DNA of 36,317 nucleotides from a virus (Duplodnaviria; Heunggongvirae; Uroviricota; Caudoviricetes): IMG/VR virus record IMGVR_UViG_2617270990_000004; one strand, 5' to 3'. Shown piece by piece: positions 28,283 to 36,317 of this stretch (position 1 is its first letter; each line of letters starts with the position of its first letter). The notes under the pieces were generated by a model. It saw only the letters and a program-made list of their open reading frames with translations, ran no database searches and was not told where the DNA came from. The position numbers and the translations under genes were made by a program.

Positions 28283-28882
28283 ATGCGTAAAGTTTGTGCA
28301 GCCATTTTGTCCGCAGCCATCTGTCTGTCCGTATCCGGTGCGCCTGCATGGGCGTCTGAACATCAGTCCACACTGAGCGCGGGGTATCTTCATGCCCGTA
28401 CGAACGCTCCCGGCAGCGATAATCTGAACGGGATTAACGTGAAATACCGTTATGAGTTTACGGACGCGCTGGGGCTGATTACGTCCTTCAGTTATGCCAA
28501 TGCTGAGGATGAGCAAAAAACGCACTACAGCGATACCCGCTGGCATGAAGATTCCGTGCGTAACCGCTGGTTCAGCGTGATGGCGGGGCCGTCTGTGCGC
28601 GTGAATGAATGGTTCAGCGCGTATGTGATGGCGGGTATGGCTTACAGCCGTGTGTCGACTTTCTCCGGGGATTATCTCCGCGTAACTGACAACAAGGGGA
28701 AAACGCACGACGTGCTGACCGGAAGTGATGACGGTCGCCACAGCAACACGTCTCTGGCGTGGGGAGCTGGCGTGCAGTTTAACCCGACCGAATCCGTGGC
28801 CATTGATATTGCTTATGAAGGCTCCGGCAGTGGCGACTGGCGAACGGATGCATTTATTGTTGGTATCGGATACCGTTTCTGA
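28283..28882 (+). CDS. lom: Lom outer-membrane protein (Ail/Lom family beta-barrel)
   Basis: 199 aa with a signal peptide (MRKVCAAILSAAICLSVSGAPAWA) and a C-terminal aromatic residue (IGYRF). Confidence 0.9.
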   Translation: MRKVCAAILSAAICLSVSGAPAWASEHQSTLSAGYLHARTNAPGSDNLNGINVKYRYEFTDALGLITSFSYANAEDEQKTHYSDTRWHEDSVRNRWFSVMAGPSVRVNEWFSAYVMAGMAYSRVSTFSGDYLRVTDNKGKTHDVLTGSDDGRHSNTSLAWGAGVQFNPTESVAIDIAYEGSGSGDWRTDAFIVGIGYRF

Positions 28883-28986
28883 CAACAGACGCCGATTTAT
28901 CTTCTGTAAATATTGTTATGATACGCAGGTTCATCCACCTTATGGGGTGAACTGCGTTTGAGGAAACGTAAAGTTACACTGTCCTG

Positions 28987-29020
28987 AAGCCCGTGGCGTC
29001 ACTGCTGCGGGCTTTTTTTA
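28987..29020 (+). terminator. candidate rho-independent terminator after lom
   Basis: AGCCCG...CGGGCT hairpin followed by TTTTTTTATT. Confidence 0.5.
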
Positions 29021-29033
29021 TTGGTGGAAAAGT

Positions 29034-32000
29034 ATGACAGTAAAAATTTCTGGCGTGCTTAAAGATGGCACAGGAAAACCAGTACAGAACTGCACCATTG
29101 TGCTGAAGGCCAGACGAACCAGCAGCACGGTGGTGGTGAACACGGTGGCCTCTGAAAATCCGGATGAAGCCGGACGTTACAGCATGGATGTTGAGCATGG
29201 TCAGTACAGCGTCACCCTGCTGGTTGAAGGTTTTCCGCCTTCACATGCCGGGACCATTACCGTCTATGAAGGTTCCAGACCAGGTACGCTGAATGATTTT
29301 CTCGGTGCCATGACGGAGGATGATGTCCGACCGGAGGCACTGCGCCGCTTTGAGCAGATGGTGGAAGAGGTGTCACGTAACGCCTCCGCGGTTGCACAGA
29401 ACACGGCAGCCGCGAAGAAGTCAGCCAGCGATGCCGGCACATCAGCACGTGAGGCGGCAACCCATGCGACTGATGCTGCAGGCTCAGCACGCGCAGCCAG
29501 CACGTCAGCCGGACAGGCCGCGTCGTCGGCTCAGTCAGCATCTTCCAGCGCAGGAACGGCATCAACAAAGGCCAGTGAAGCATCGAAAAGTGCTGCTGCT
29601 GCAGAGTCCTCAAAAAGCGCGGCAGCTACCAGTGCCGCTGCGGCGAAAACGTCAGAAACGAATGCGGCAGCGTCACAACAATCAGCAGCCACTTCTGCAT
29701 CCGCCGCGACCACGAAGGCGTCAGAAGCTGCCACCTCGGCACGGGGTGCGGCGGCCTCAAAAGAGGCAGCGAAATCTTCAGAAACGAATGCATCATCAAG
29801 TGCCAGTAGTGCAACTTCCTCGGCAACGGCGGCAGGAAATTCCGCGAAGGCGGCAAAAACGTCCGAGACGAACGCTAAGTCTTCTGAAACAGCAGCGGGA
29901 CAGAGCGCCTCAGCTGCGGCAGGTTCAAAAACAGCGGCTGCATTATCTGCCAGTGCCGCGTCAACAAGTGCCGGGCAGGCCTCAGCCAGTGCCACCGCTG
30001 CCGGAAAGTCGGCAGAAAGTGCCGCCTCGTCTGCTTCAACAGCCACAACGAAGGCTGGCGAAGCCACTGAACAGGCCAGTGCAGCAGCGAGGTCTGCTTC
30101 CGCAGCGAAGACATCCGAGACGAACGCGAAAGCGTCGGAAACCAGCGCAGAATCCTCAAAAACGGCTGCCGCATCGTCCGCTAGTTCGGCGGCGTCATCG
30201 GCATCATCGGCGTCAGCTTCAAAAGATGAGGCGACCAGACAGGCGTCAGCAGCGAAGGGCAGCGCCACGACAGCATCCACGAAGGCGACAGAGGCAACTG
30301 GCAGTGCGACGGCGGCAGCACAGAGCAAAAGTACGGCGGAATCCGCGGCAACGCGCGCCGAGACAGCGGCAAAACGGGCAGAGGATATTGCATCCGCCGT
30401 GGCGCTTGAGGATGCAAGTACGACGAAAAAGGGGATAGTACAGCTCAGCAGTGCAACCAACAGCACATCTGAAACGCTTGCCGCGACACCGAAGGCAGTT
30501 AAAGCAGCGAATGACAATGCGAATGGCAGGGTACCATCTAACCGAAAAGTTAACGGGAAAGCACTGACTGCGGATATAACATTAACACCGAAAGATATTG
30601 GCACTTTAAATTCAGTAACGATCTCTTTCTCTGGCGGGGCAGGGGGGTTCAAACTGGCAACGGTTACCATGCCACAAGCGAGTTCCATCGTTTACATCGC
30701 ATTGATTGGTGGCGCTGGTTACAACGTCGGCTCCCCACAGCAGGCAGGCATTTCAGAACTGGTTCTACGAGCAGGCAATGGAAAGCCCAAAGGGATTACC
30801 GGAGCTTTGTGGAAGCGTACAGCCGTCGGATTAACGAATTTCGCCTGGATCAACACATCCGGCGATACATATGATATTTACGTTGAGATTGGCAATTATG
30901 CGACGAGTGTAAATATCCATTGGGATTGTACTACAAATGCGTCAGTTTCTATTTATACCTCGCCAACATATTCAGCGAGTAAGCCTTCCAGCGTTACCGG
31001 TGGTGTTGTTTATACGATGTATAGCTCACATCAGAAACCTACACCATCAGATATTGGAGCGCTGCCAACGACTGGAGGGACTATTTCAGGTCCGTTGTCT
31101 GTTACTGATGGGATCACCGGGGCACTGAAGGGGAACGCCGATACCGCGACGAAACTTGCGGCAGTCCCAAAAATTAACGGTGTTAAGTTTGATGGCTCGG
31201 CGGATATTAACCTCACGCCGGAAAATATTGGTGCATTTGCCCGACGTTCGACGGGGGCTTATGCGGATTCGGATGGAGCCGTTCCCTGGAATGCCGAATC
31301 AGGCGCTTACAATGTCACCCGCTCTGGCGACAGCTATATTCTGGTTAACTTCTATACCGGAGTCGGAAGTTGCCGGACCCTGCAGATGAAGGCGCATTAC
31401 AGAAATCGTGGTCTGTTCTACCGTTCTTCAAGAGACGGTTATGGTTTTGAGGAAGACTGGGCAGAAGTTTATACCTCGAAAAATCTTCCACCAGAAAGCT
31501 ACCCAGTCGGCGCACCAATCCCGTGGCCATCAGATACCGTTCCGTCTGGTTATGCCCTGATGCAGGGGCAGACTTTTGACAAATCTGCTTACCCGAAACT
31601 TGCAGCTGCTTATCCGTCAGGCGTGATCCCTGATATGCGTGGCGGGACGATTAAGGGCAACCCTGCCAGTGGTCGAGCCGTATTATCTCAGGAACAGGAC
31701 GGCATTAAATCGCACACCCACAGCGCCAGTGCATCCAGTACGGATTTGGGGACGAAAACCACGTCGTCGTTTGATTATGGTACTAAGTCTTCAAATGCCA
31801 CTGGTGACCATAACCACAGCCGAGGCACTATGGAAATTACCGGTACTCTCGGTTACTTCAGAAGTGATAGCGGTAATTTCTATACAGCAAGTGGAGCATT
31901 TACACTGGGTGGCTCTGCGCCAGCCCATGGATTTACGGGCTCTCAATTTACTTATGGTGTTCCTGTAAACTTTAACGCTTCCAGAACCTGGTCTGGTGCC

Positions 32001-32162
32001 ACAAGCACTACAGGTAACCATGCGCACTCTGTTCCAATTGGTGCTCATGCGCACTCCGTTGCGATTGGTTCACATGGACACACCATCACCGTTAACGCTG
32101 CTGGTAACGCGGAAAACACCGTCAAAAACATCGCATTTAACTATATTGTGAGGCTTGCATAA
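29034..32162 (+). CDS. stf: side tail fibre protein Stf (full length)
   Basis: 1042 aa, N-terminus [28 protein letters not shown], a long Ala/Ser/Thr-rich low-complexity segment and a His-rich C-terminus ending [31 protein letters not shown], as in lambda Stf. Confidence 0.9.
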   Translation: MTVKISGVLKDGTGKPVQNCTIVLKARRTSSTVVVNTVASENPDEAGRYSMDVEHGQYSVTLLVEGFPPSHAGTITVYEGSRPGTLNDFLGAMTEDDVRPEALRRFEQMVEEVSRNASAVAQNTAAAKKSASDAGTSAREAATHATDAAGSARAASTSAGQAASSAQSASSSAGTASTKASEASKSAAAAESSKSAAATSAAAAKTSETNAAASQQSAATSASAATTKASEAATSARGAAASKEAAKSSETNASSSASSATSSATAAGNSAKAAKTSETNAKSSETAAGQSASAAAGSKTAAALSASAASTSAGQASASATAAGKSAESAASSASTATTKAGEATEQASAAARSASAAKTSETNAKASETSAESSKTAAASSASSAASSASSASASKDEATRQASAAKGSATTASTKATEATGSATAAAQSKSTAESAATRAETAAKRAEDIASAVALEDASTTKKGIVQLSSATNSTSETLAATPKAVKAANDNANGRVPSNRKVNGKALTADITLTPKDIGTLNSVTISFSGGAGGFKLATVTMPQASSIVYIALIGGAGYNVGSPQQAGISELVLRAGNGKPKGITGALWKRTAVGLTNFAWINTSGDTYDIYVEIGNYATSVNIHWDCTTNASVSIYTSPTYSASKPSSVTGGVVYTMYSSHQKPTPSDIGALPTTGGTISGPLSVTDGITGALKGNADTATKLAAVPKINGVKFDGSADINLTPENIGAFARRSTGAYADSDGAVPWNAESGAYNVTRSGDSYILVNFYTGVGSCRTLQMKAHYRNRGLFYRSSRDGYGFEEDWAEVYTSKNLPPESYPVGAPIPWPSDTVPSGYALMQGQTFDKSAYPKLAAAYPSGVIPDMRGGTIKGNPASGRAVLSQEQDGIKSHTHSASASSTDLGTKTTSSFDYGTKSSNATGDHNHSRGTMEITGTLGYFRSDSGNFYTASGAFTLGGSAPAHGFTGSQFTYGVPVNFNASRTWSGATSTTGNHAHSVPIGAHAHSVAIGSHGHTITVNAAGNAENTVKNIAFNYIVRLA

Positions 32163-32746
32163 TGGCATTCAGAATGAGTGAACAAGCACGGACCATAAAA
32201 ATTTATAATCTGCTGGCCGGAACTAATGAATTTATTGGTGAAGGTGACGCATATATTCCGCCTCATACAGGTCTGCCAGCAAACAGTACCGATATTGCAC
32301 CACCAGATATTCCTGCTGGCTTTGTGGCTGTTTTCAACAGTGATGAGTCATCGTGGCATCTCTTTGAAGACCATCGGGGTAAAACGGTTTATGACGTAGC
32401 GTCAGGGGACGAGTTATTTATTTCTGAACTCGGTCCGTTACCGGAAAATGTTACCTGGTTATCGCCGGAAGGGGAGTTTCAGAAGTGGAACGGCACAGCC
32501 TGGGTGAAGGATACGGAAGCAGAAAAACTGTTCCGGATCCGGGAGGCGGAAGAAACAAAAAACAACCTGATGCAGGTAGCCAGTGAGCATATTGCGCCGC
32601 TTCAGGATGCTGCAGATCTGGAAATTGCAACGGAGGAAGAAACCTCATTGCTGGAAGCCTGGAAAAAGTATCGGGTATTGCTGAACCGTGTTGATACATC
32701 AACAGCACCTGATATTGAGTGGCCTGCAAATCCTGTCAGGGAGTAA
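32162..32746 (+). CDS. tfa: tail fibre assembly protein Tfa
   Basis: 194 aa; ATG overlaps the stf stop (TAATG); C-terminus ...[22 protein letters not shown]. Confidence 0.9.
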   Translation: MAFRMSEQARTIKIYNLLAGTNEFIGEGDAYIPPHTGLPANSTDIAPPDIPAGFVAVFNSDESSWHLFEDHRGKTVYDVASGDELFISELGPLPENVTWLSPEGEFQKWNGTAWVKDTEAEKLFRIREAEETKNNLMQVASEHIAPLQDAADLEIATEEETSLLEAWKKYRVLLNRVDTSTAPDIEWPANPVRE

Positions 32747-32795
32747 TCATTGGGATTATGCCGCAGCACGTCTTAAGCAAGAACGTGCTGCGGTT
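32582..32795 (+). repeat. direct repeat copy 1 (tfa 3' end plus terminator hairpin), about 214 bp
   Basis: Near-identical to 33631-33845 on visual alignment, including the downstream GCCGCAG...CTGCGG hairpin. Confidence 0.85.
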
Positions 32796-32800
32796 GGATG

Positions 32801-33469
32801 CTATTTTTTCCCTGAAGCGGAAAACATTACTACAGTACCTTGAACCTTGGTTTTAACATTCTCGAAATGCTCTGAGAGTATATGTGTTAAGCCTTCTTCG
32901 GAATCTTTTGTGTTTGAAAAGATGCCTTTCTGATTGTAAATGCGCATCAGTTTTTGACCGAAGCTATTGTGCACAACTCCATCGCCAAGAATTGTGGCTC
33001 CGTATAGAGTTCCATCGTCAGTTAAGGCCTGCGCCGCATTGCGTATTACACAGCTTTTTGTAGATATATTTCCAGGCAGGCAGTGAAGAAGGTAAAACAT
33101 GGAAATGGAATCAAATTGACCATGTAACGCCGCGGGATAAGGTTCAAAAACATCATGGCTAATTTTATGTTTAATTTTTGATTCCCCAGCCCTTGTAGAT
33201 GCCGCGTTCAGGCTAGCTTCGTTCAAATCCATTAAAGATATCAGACTACTCTCAGGTACGTGAGTAAGGTAAAACCCAGTTCCAACACCAATATCCAGAT
33301 GGTTGTTACCTACATGTTCCAGAAAGTGTGGAAGAAGGTGTTCCTTTGTAGGACATCCCCATGCAAGCCGATTTGATACTCCCAAAACCCACCAGTCATA
33401 AAGCTTTAGGGTAAGTGGTGTGTAAATTTTAGCCCCATCATCTGTGTTTTTTTTCATTGATTTCACCAT
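32801..33469 (-). CDS. class I SAM-dependent methyltransferase (moron gene), target unknown
   Basis: 222 aa with Rossmann motif I (HLDIGVGTGFYL). The segment is markedly AT-rich compared with the flanking tail genes. Confidence 0.75.
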   Translation of the reverse strand: MVKSMKKNTDDGAKIYTPLTLKLYDWWVLGVSNRLAWGCPTKEHLLPHFLEHVGNNHLDIGVGTGFYLTHVPESSLISLMDLNEASLNAASTRAGESKIKHKISHDVFEPYPAALHGQFDSISMFYLLHCLPGNISTKSCVIRNAAQALTDDGTLYGATILGDGVVHNSFGQKLMRIYNQKGIFSNTKDSEEGLTHILSEHFENVKTKVQGTVVMFSASGKK

Positions 33470-33525
33470 GTTATAGTTTTATTTGTGAATTAAATCAATT
33501 ATGGCGATGAATTACAAGGGGTTAA

Positions 33526-33795
33526 ATGCTGCCGCAGCATAGCGATATTGAAATAGCCTGGTATGCTTCGATACAGCAGGAGCCGAATGGCTGGAAGACC
33601 GTCACCACACAGTTCTACATCCAGGAATTCAGTGAGTATATTGCGCCACTGCAGGATGCTGTAGATCTGGAAATCGCAACGGAGGAAGAAAGATCGTTGC
33701 TGGAGGCATGGAATAAATATCGGGTATTGTTGAATCGTGTTGATACATCAACTGCACCTGATATTGAGTGGCCTGCAAATCCTGTCAGGGAGTAA
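33526..33795 (+). pseudogene. tail fibre assembly (tfa) C-terminal fragment
   Basis: The C-terminal roughly 55 residues ([51 protein letters not shown]) nearly match Tfa at 32162..32746. The N-terminal 34 residues are unrelated and there is no full-length ORF. Confidence 0.6.
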
Positions 33796-33845
33796 TCATT
33801 GGGATTATGCCGCAGACACGTCGTATGCAGGAACGTGCTGCGGTT
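33631..33845 (+). repeat. direct repeat copy 2 (tfa 3' end plus terminator hairpin)
   Basis: See copy 1. Confidence 0.85.
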
Positions 33846-33909
33846 AGTTTGTGAGCTTTCGATAGTGGTTGTTATTTTTGCCCTTATTTGTTCCGGAGGC
33901 CATGGTTCA

Positions 33910-34080
33910 ATGGTCCGTCTGCCCCCTGTGGTGATGTCAGCAAAATCAGCCACTGCGCGAACCACAATAGCCCGGGAAGATGCTGAAGATCACCAGGTAA
34001 AGCTGTCAGCGCAGAAACTGGAAGAACTGCTCGCATCAATGGTTAAGGATGAGGTTGATCGCAATGATGGGATTTATTGA
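33910..34080 (+). CDS. hypothetical small protein (56 aa), doubtful
   Basis: GGAGG about 10 nt upstream of the ATG; MVRLPPVVMSAKSATARTTIAREDAEDHQVKLSAQKLEELLASMVKDEVDRNDGIY. No family recognised. Confidence 0.25.
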   Translation: MVRLPPVVMSAKSATARTTIAREDAEDHQVKLSAQKLEELLASMVKDEVDRNDGIY

Positions 34081-34099
34081 CGTCAGCGAGAGCAGAAGG

Positions 34100-34392
34100 A
34101 AGAACTGAATAACCTGAATGATTTACGCTCAATCAGAGCGATGATGATTGGCAGTAATTAGCGGTCAATTTCGGTTTTTTTGGCTGTGCGCTCCCCGCCC
34201 AGCATTGCGCGTCAATTAGCCCCAAAAAAACGAAAAAGTTACAATCAAGTAAAAAATTCCTTCTGCAAAACTAAAAAAGATTTCAATAAAATCAGACAGT
34301 TAAAAACATAAAAAAAAGTACAAAAAAACATCTCAAAGTCTTGTTTTTTGCTTCAAATACAATTGGTTATTGTGTTTTTTGAAACCTACCAG
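34100..34392 (+). other. prophage right-end arm (attR P-arm candidate), AT-rich with phased A-tracts
   Basis: Non-coding, strongly AT-rich stretch with many A5-A8 tracts directly abutting the ompW 3' segment. Confidence 0.45.
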
Positions 34393-34507
34393 TGTGGTAC
34401 ATGGATATCGATACCACCGCCAATTATAAGCTGGGCGGTGCACAGCAACACGATAGCGTACGCCTCGATCCGTGGGTGTTTATGTTCTCAGCAGGATATC
34501 GTTTTTA
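34393..34507 (+). other. ompW: 3' terminal segment of ompW (last 38 codons) at the prophage-chromosome junction (attR core region)
   Basis: Encodes VWYMDIDTTANYKLGGAQQHDSVRLDPWVFMFSAGYRF-stop, recognised as the OmpW C-terminus. The upstream reading frame does not continue as ompW. Confidence 0.8.
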
Positions 34508-34542
34508 ATTCCGCACAAAAACGACCCCGTAATATACGGGGT
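34508..34542 (-). terminator. rho-independent terminator of yciE
   Basis: GACCCCG...CGGGGTC hairpin with a T-run on the minus strand, lying between the convergent ompW and yciE ends. Confidence 0.6.
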
Positions 34543-34567
34543 CAATAAGGACATGGTATAAAGGGTA

Positions 34568-35074
34568 TTATTTCTTCGCTTCTACGCCATCAGTTTCAGA
34601 GCGAATTAAAAATTTCTCAGTTGTTTGCGGAATATTCTGAATCAGCCAGTCGGCCATTTGCTTTTCCTCATTTAAAATCGCTTCGATGGTTGGAATTGAA
34701 GCTGTATCACCGGCATTTTTTGCTGCTGCTAATAGTGAGGTGTAACAGGCGATTTCAAATTGCTCGAAGACATATCCGCTAATAGAGCCTTTGACTATTT
34801 CATCAGAAGGGAATATACCACCGATTGACTGCCCAAGCGCAGCCATTTTACTCATGGAATCTTTAATGACTGAACGTGAAATGTCATTACGATCAAGAAT
34901 AGTTTCCAGTTGAACAATCTGGTTTTTGGTTTCACTAAGATGTTGTTCAATACGAGCGCGTAGTTCAGGATAATTATCTATACGGCTGGCCATGGATTCA
35001 AGCATAGATTCGGCTTGCTTTTCCATTGCGTGGGCGTCACGTAACCAGTCATGATAATGTTCAATACGATTCAT
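34568..35074 (-). CDS. yciE: YciE, ferritin-like DUF892 stress protein
   Basis: 168 aa, MNRIEHYHDWLRDAHAMEKQAESMLESMASRIDNYPELRARIEQHL, recognised as E. coli YciE. Confidence 0.95.
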   Translation of the reverse strand: MNRIEHYHDWLRDAHAMEKQAESMLESMASRIDNYPELRARIEQHLSETKNQIVQLETILDRNDISRSVIKDSMSKMAALGQSIGGIFPSDEIVKGSISGYVFEQFEIACYTSLLAAAKNAGDTASIPTIEAILNEEKQMADWLIQNIPQTTEKFLIRSETDGVEAKK

Positions 35075-35119
35075 GAAAATGTCCTCTTTATAAAATGACT
35101 AAAAGTTAAAATTCATATT

Positions 35120-35620
35120 TCAGGCTTTATTTTCGGCTTTCTTATTTACGTTATTAATGGCCAGATCAGTCAGTTTGATGTCGGTGGCCTTTTCTTCTTC
35201 CAGGGTTTCTTTCAGAAGCTTCGCTGCTTTACGGTAACCTAATTGTTCAGCCAGCGTCGCTAATGTCCCGTAACTGGCAATCTCATAATGCTCGACTTTC
35301 TGTGCTGCGGCAATCAGTGCGGCATCACGCACTTCGTTTTTCTCGGTACTTTCGATGACCTCATTAGCTTCTTCAATAAGACCTTCCATTGCCACACATT
35401 TCATGCGCTTAATTTTCAGGTTCGATTCGGACTCCACAACTTGATCAATACGTTCAATCTGTCCATGAGTTTCCTCGAGGTGCGCATGAAAAGCCTGACT
35501 TAATTTTTCATTTGATGTTGCTCTTGCGAGTTTTGCCAGTGCCCGGGTTAATTGTTTTTCTGCGCTGTAGGTATCTGAAAGCAGGTGAATAAATACATCT
35601 TCAATGGTCTTCATATTCAT
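35120..35620 (-). CDS. yciF: YciF, ferritin-like DUF892 stress protein
   Basis: 166 aa from MNMKTIEDVFIHLLSDTYSAEKQL with GGAGAAAAAT SD. The ORF track entry is 5' over-extended by 16 codons. Confidence 0.95.
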   Translation of the reverse strand: MNMKTIEDVFIHLLSDTYSAEKQLTRALAKLARATSNEKLSQAFHAHLEETHGQIERIDQVVESESNLKIKRMKCVAMEGLIEEANEVIESTEKNEVRDAALIAAAQKVEHYEIASYGTLATLAEQLGYRKAAKLLKETLEEEKATDIKLTDLAINNVNKKAENKA

Positions 35621-35705
35621 ATTTTTCTCCAGTGAAATCACTGCGAGCCATACGGCCCGCAGATGCAATTATCTTTATCAGCTGATATTAATAATTAACG
35701 GTGAA

Positions 35706-35885
35706 TCAGGATTTGCCTGATTTATTACCACCGCTTTGTTGACCGCCTTTTTTACCCGCTTCAGATGCGCGTTGCGGATCATTTTTAAAATTACCGCCGC
35801 TATGCTGACCGCCTTTACGGCCTGCGTCGGATGCCTTCTCACGGTCTTCGGCGAAATTTCCTGAACCACCACGATGTTCGGCCAT
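35706..35885 (-). CDS. yciG: YciG, small Gly-rich stress protein (KGG repeats)
   Basis: 59 aa, MAEHRGGSGNFAEDREKASDAGRKGGQHSGGNFKNDPQRASEAGKKGGQQSGGNKSGKS, with GGGAGA SD. Confidence 0.9.
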   Translation of the reverse strand: MAEHRGGSGNFAEDREKASDAGRKGGQHSGGNFKNDPQRASEAGKKGGQQSGGNKSGKS

Positions 35886-35923
35886 GTTATTTCTCCCGTT
35901 GCGTTGCATTGTTTCATTAATAT

Positions 35924-36317
35924 GGTGATGCTGCCAACTTACTGATTTAGTGTATGATGGTGTTTTTGAGGTGCTCCAGTGGCTTCTGTTTCTATCAGCT
36001 GTCCCTCCTGTTCAGCTACTGACGGGGTGGTGCGTAACGGCAAAAGCACTGCCGGACATCAGCGCTATCTCTGCTCTCACTGCCGTAAAACATGGCAACT
36101 GCAGTTCACTTACACCGCTTCTCAACCCGGTACGCACCAGAAAATCATTGATATGGCCATGAATGGCGTTGGATGCCGGGCAACCGCCCGCATTATGGGC
36201 GTTGGCCTCAACACGATTTTCCGCCATTTAAAAAACTCAGGCCGCAGTCGGTAACCTCGCGCATACAGCCGGGCAGTGACGTCATCGTCTGCGCGGAAAT
36301 GGACGAACAGTGGGGCT
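35924..36317 (+). mobile_element. IS1, partial copy; the right end lies beyond the window
   Basis: Starts with the IS1 left inverted repeat GGTGATGCTGCCAACTTACTGATTTAGTGTATGATGG and contains insA plus the A6C frameshift motif TTTAAAAAAC near 36228. Confidence 0.95.
35979..36254 (+). CDS. insA: IS1 InsA
   Basis: 91 aa, [91 protein letters not shown]. Confidence 0.95.
   Translation: MASVSISCPSCSATDGVVRNGKSTAGHQRYLCSHCRKTWQLQFTYTASQPGTHQKIIDMAMNGVGCRATARIMGVGLNTIFRHLKNSGRSR

Noticed and set aside
29320-30688. Long ORFs in alternative and antisense frames across stf (29320..30438 plus strand, Arg/Gln/Pro-rich; 29531..30688 minus strand, Ala-rich; and several shorter ones)
   Set aside because: They lie entirely within the Ala/Ser/Thr-rich low-complexity region of the Stf gene. 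Their extreme composition and lack of start context mark them as frame artefacts of the repetitive GC-rich coding sequence.
33526-33795. Invertible tail-fibre segment (Gin/Pin-type shufflon) suggested by the second Tfa C-terminus
   Set aside because: The two tfa 3' copies are direct rather than inverted repeats and no invertase gene is present. A recombinational cassette insertion explains the pattern better.

Overview
This window is almost entirely the late (lysis and morphogenesis) half of a lambdoid prophage of Escherichia/Shigella type, bounded by two IS elements. All calls rest on reading the sequence and on recalled protein families; no database search was run. Left to right: a partial IS186 (1-1200); a phage tRNA-Arg(UCU); an AT-rich cargo locus at the position where Stx phages carry stx, with no stx genes present; a NanS-p-type sialate O-acetylesterase; a pinholin / DUF1327 / SAR-endolysin / Rz-Rz1 lysis cassette with extra small ORFs; a YlcI-like gene, an HNH endonuclease and cos-like repeats; terminase small and large subunits; an HK97-type head module (prohead protease fused to major capsid protein, then a portal carrying a C-terminal extension with five 162-bp tandem repeats, connector and adaptor); a lambda-like tail module (major tail protein with Ig-like domain, G/GT frameshift chaperone, tape measure, M, L, K, I, J); lom, stf and tfa; a low-GC methyltransferase moron bracketed by a duplicated tfa 3' end; the attR junction inside the 3' end of ompW; the chromosomal yciEFG operon; and a partial IS1 inserted 38 bp upstream of yciG. 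No integrase, repressor, CRISPR array or rRNA is in the window. The candidates most worth follow-up are the methyltransferase cassette, the repeat-bearing portal extension, the cargo at the stx-equivalent locus, and the small ORFs inside the lysis cassette.
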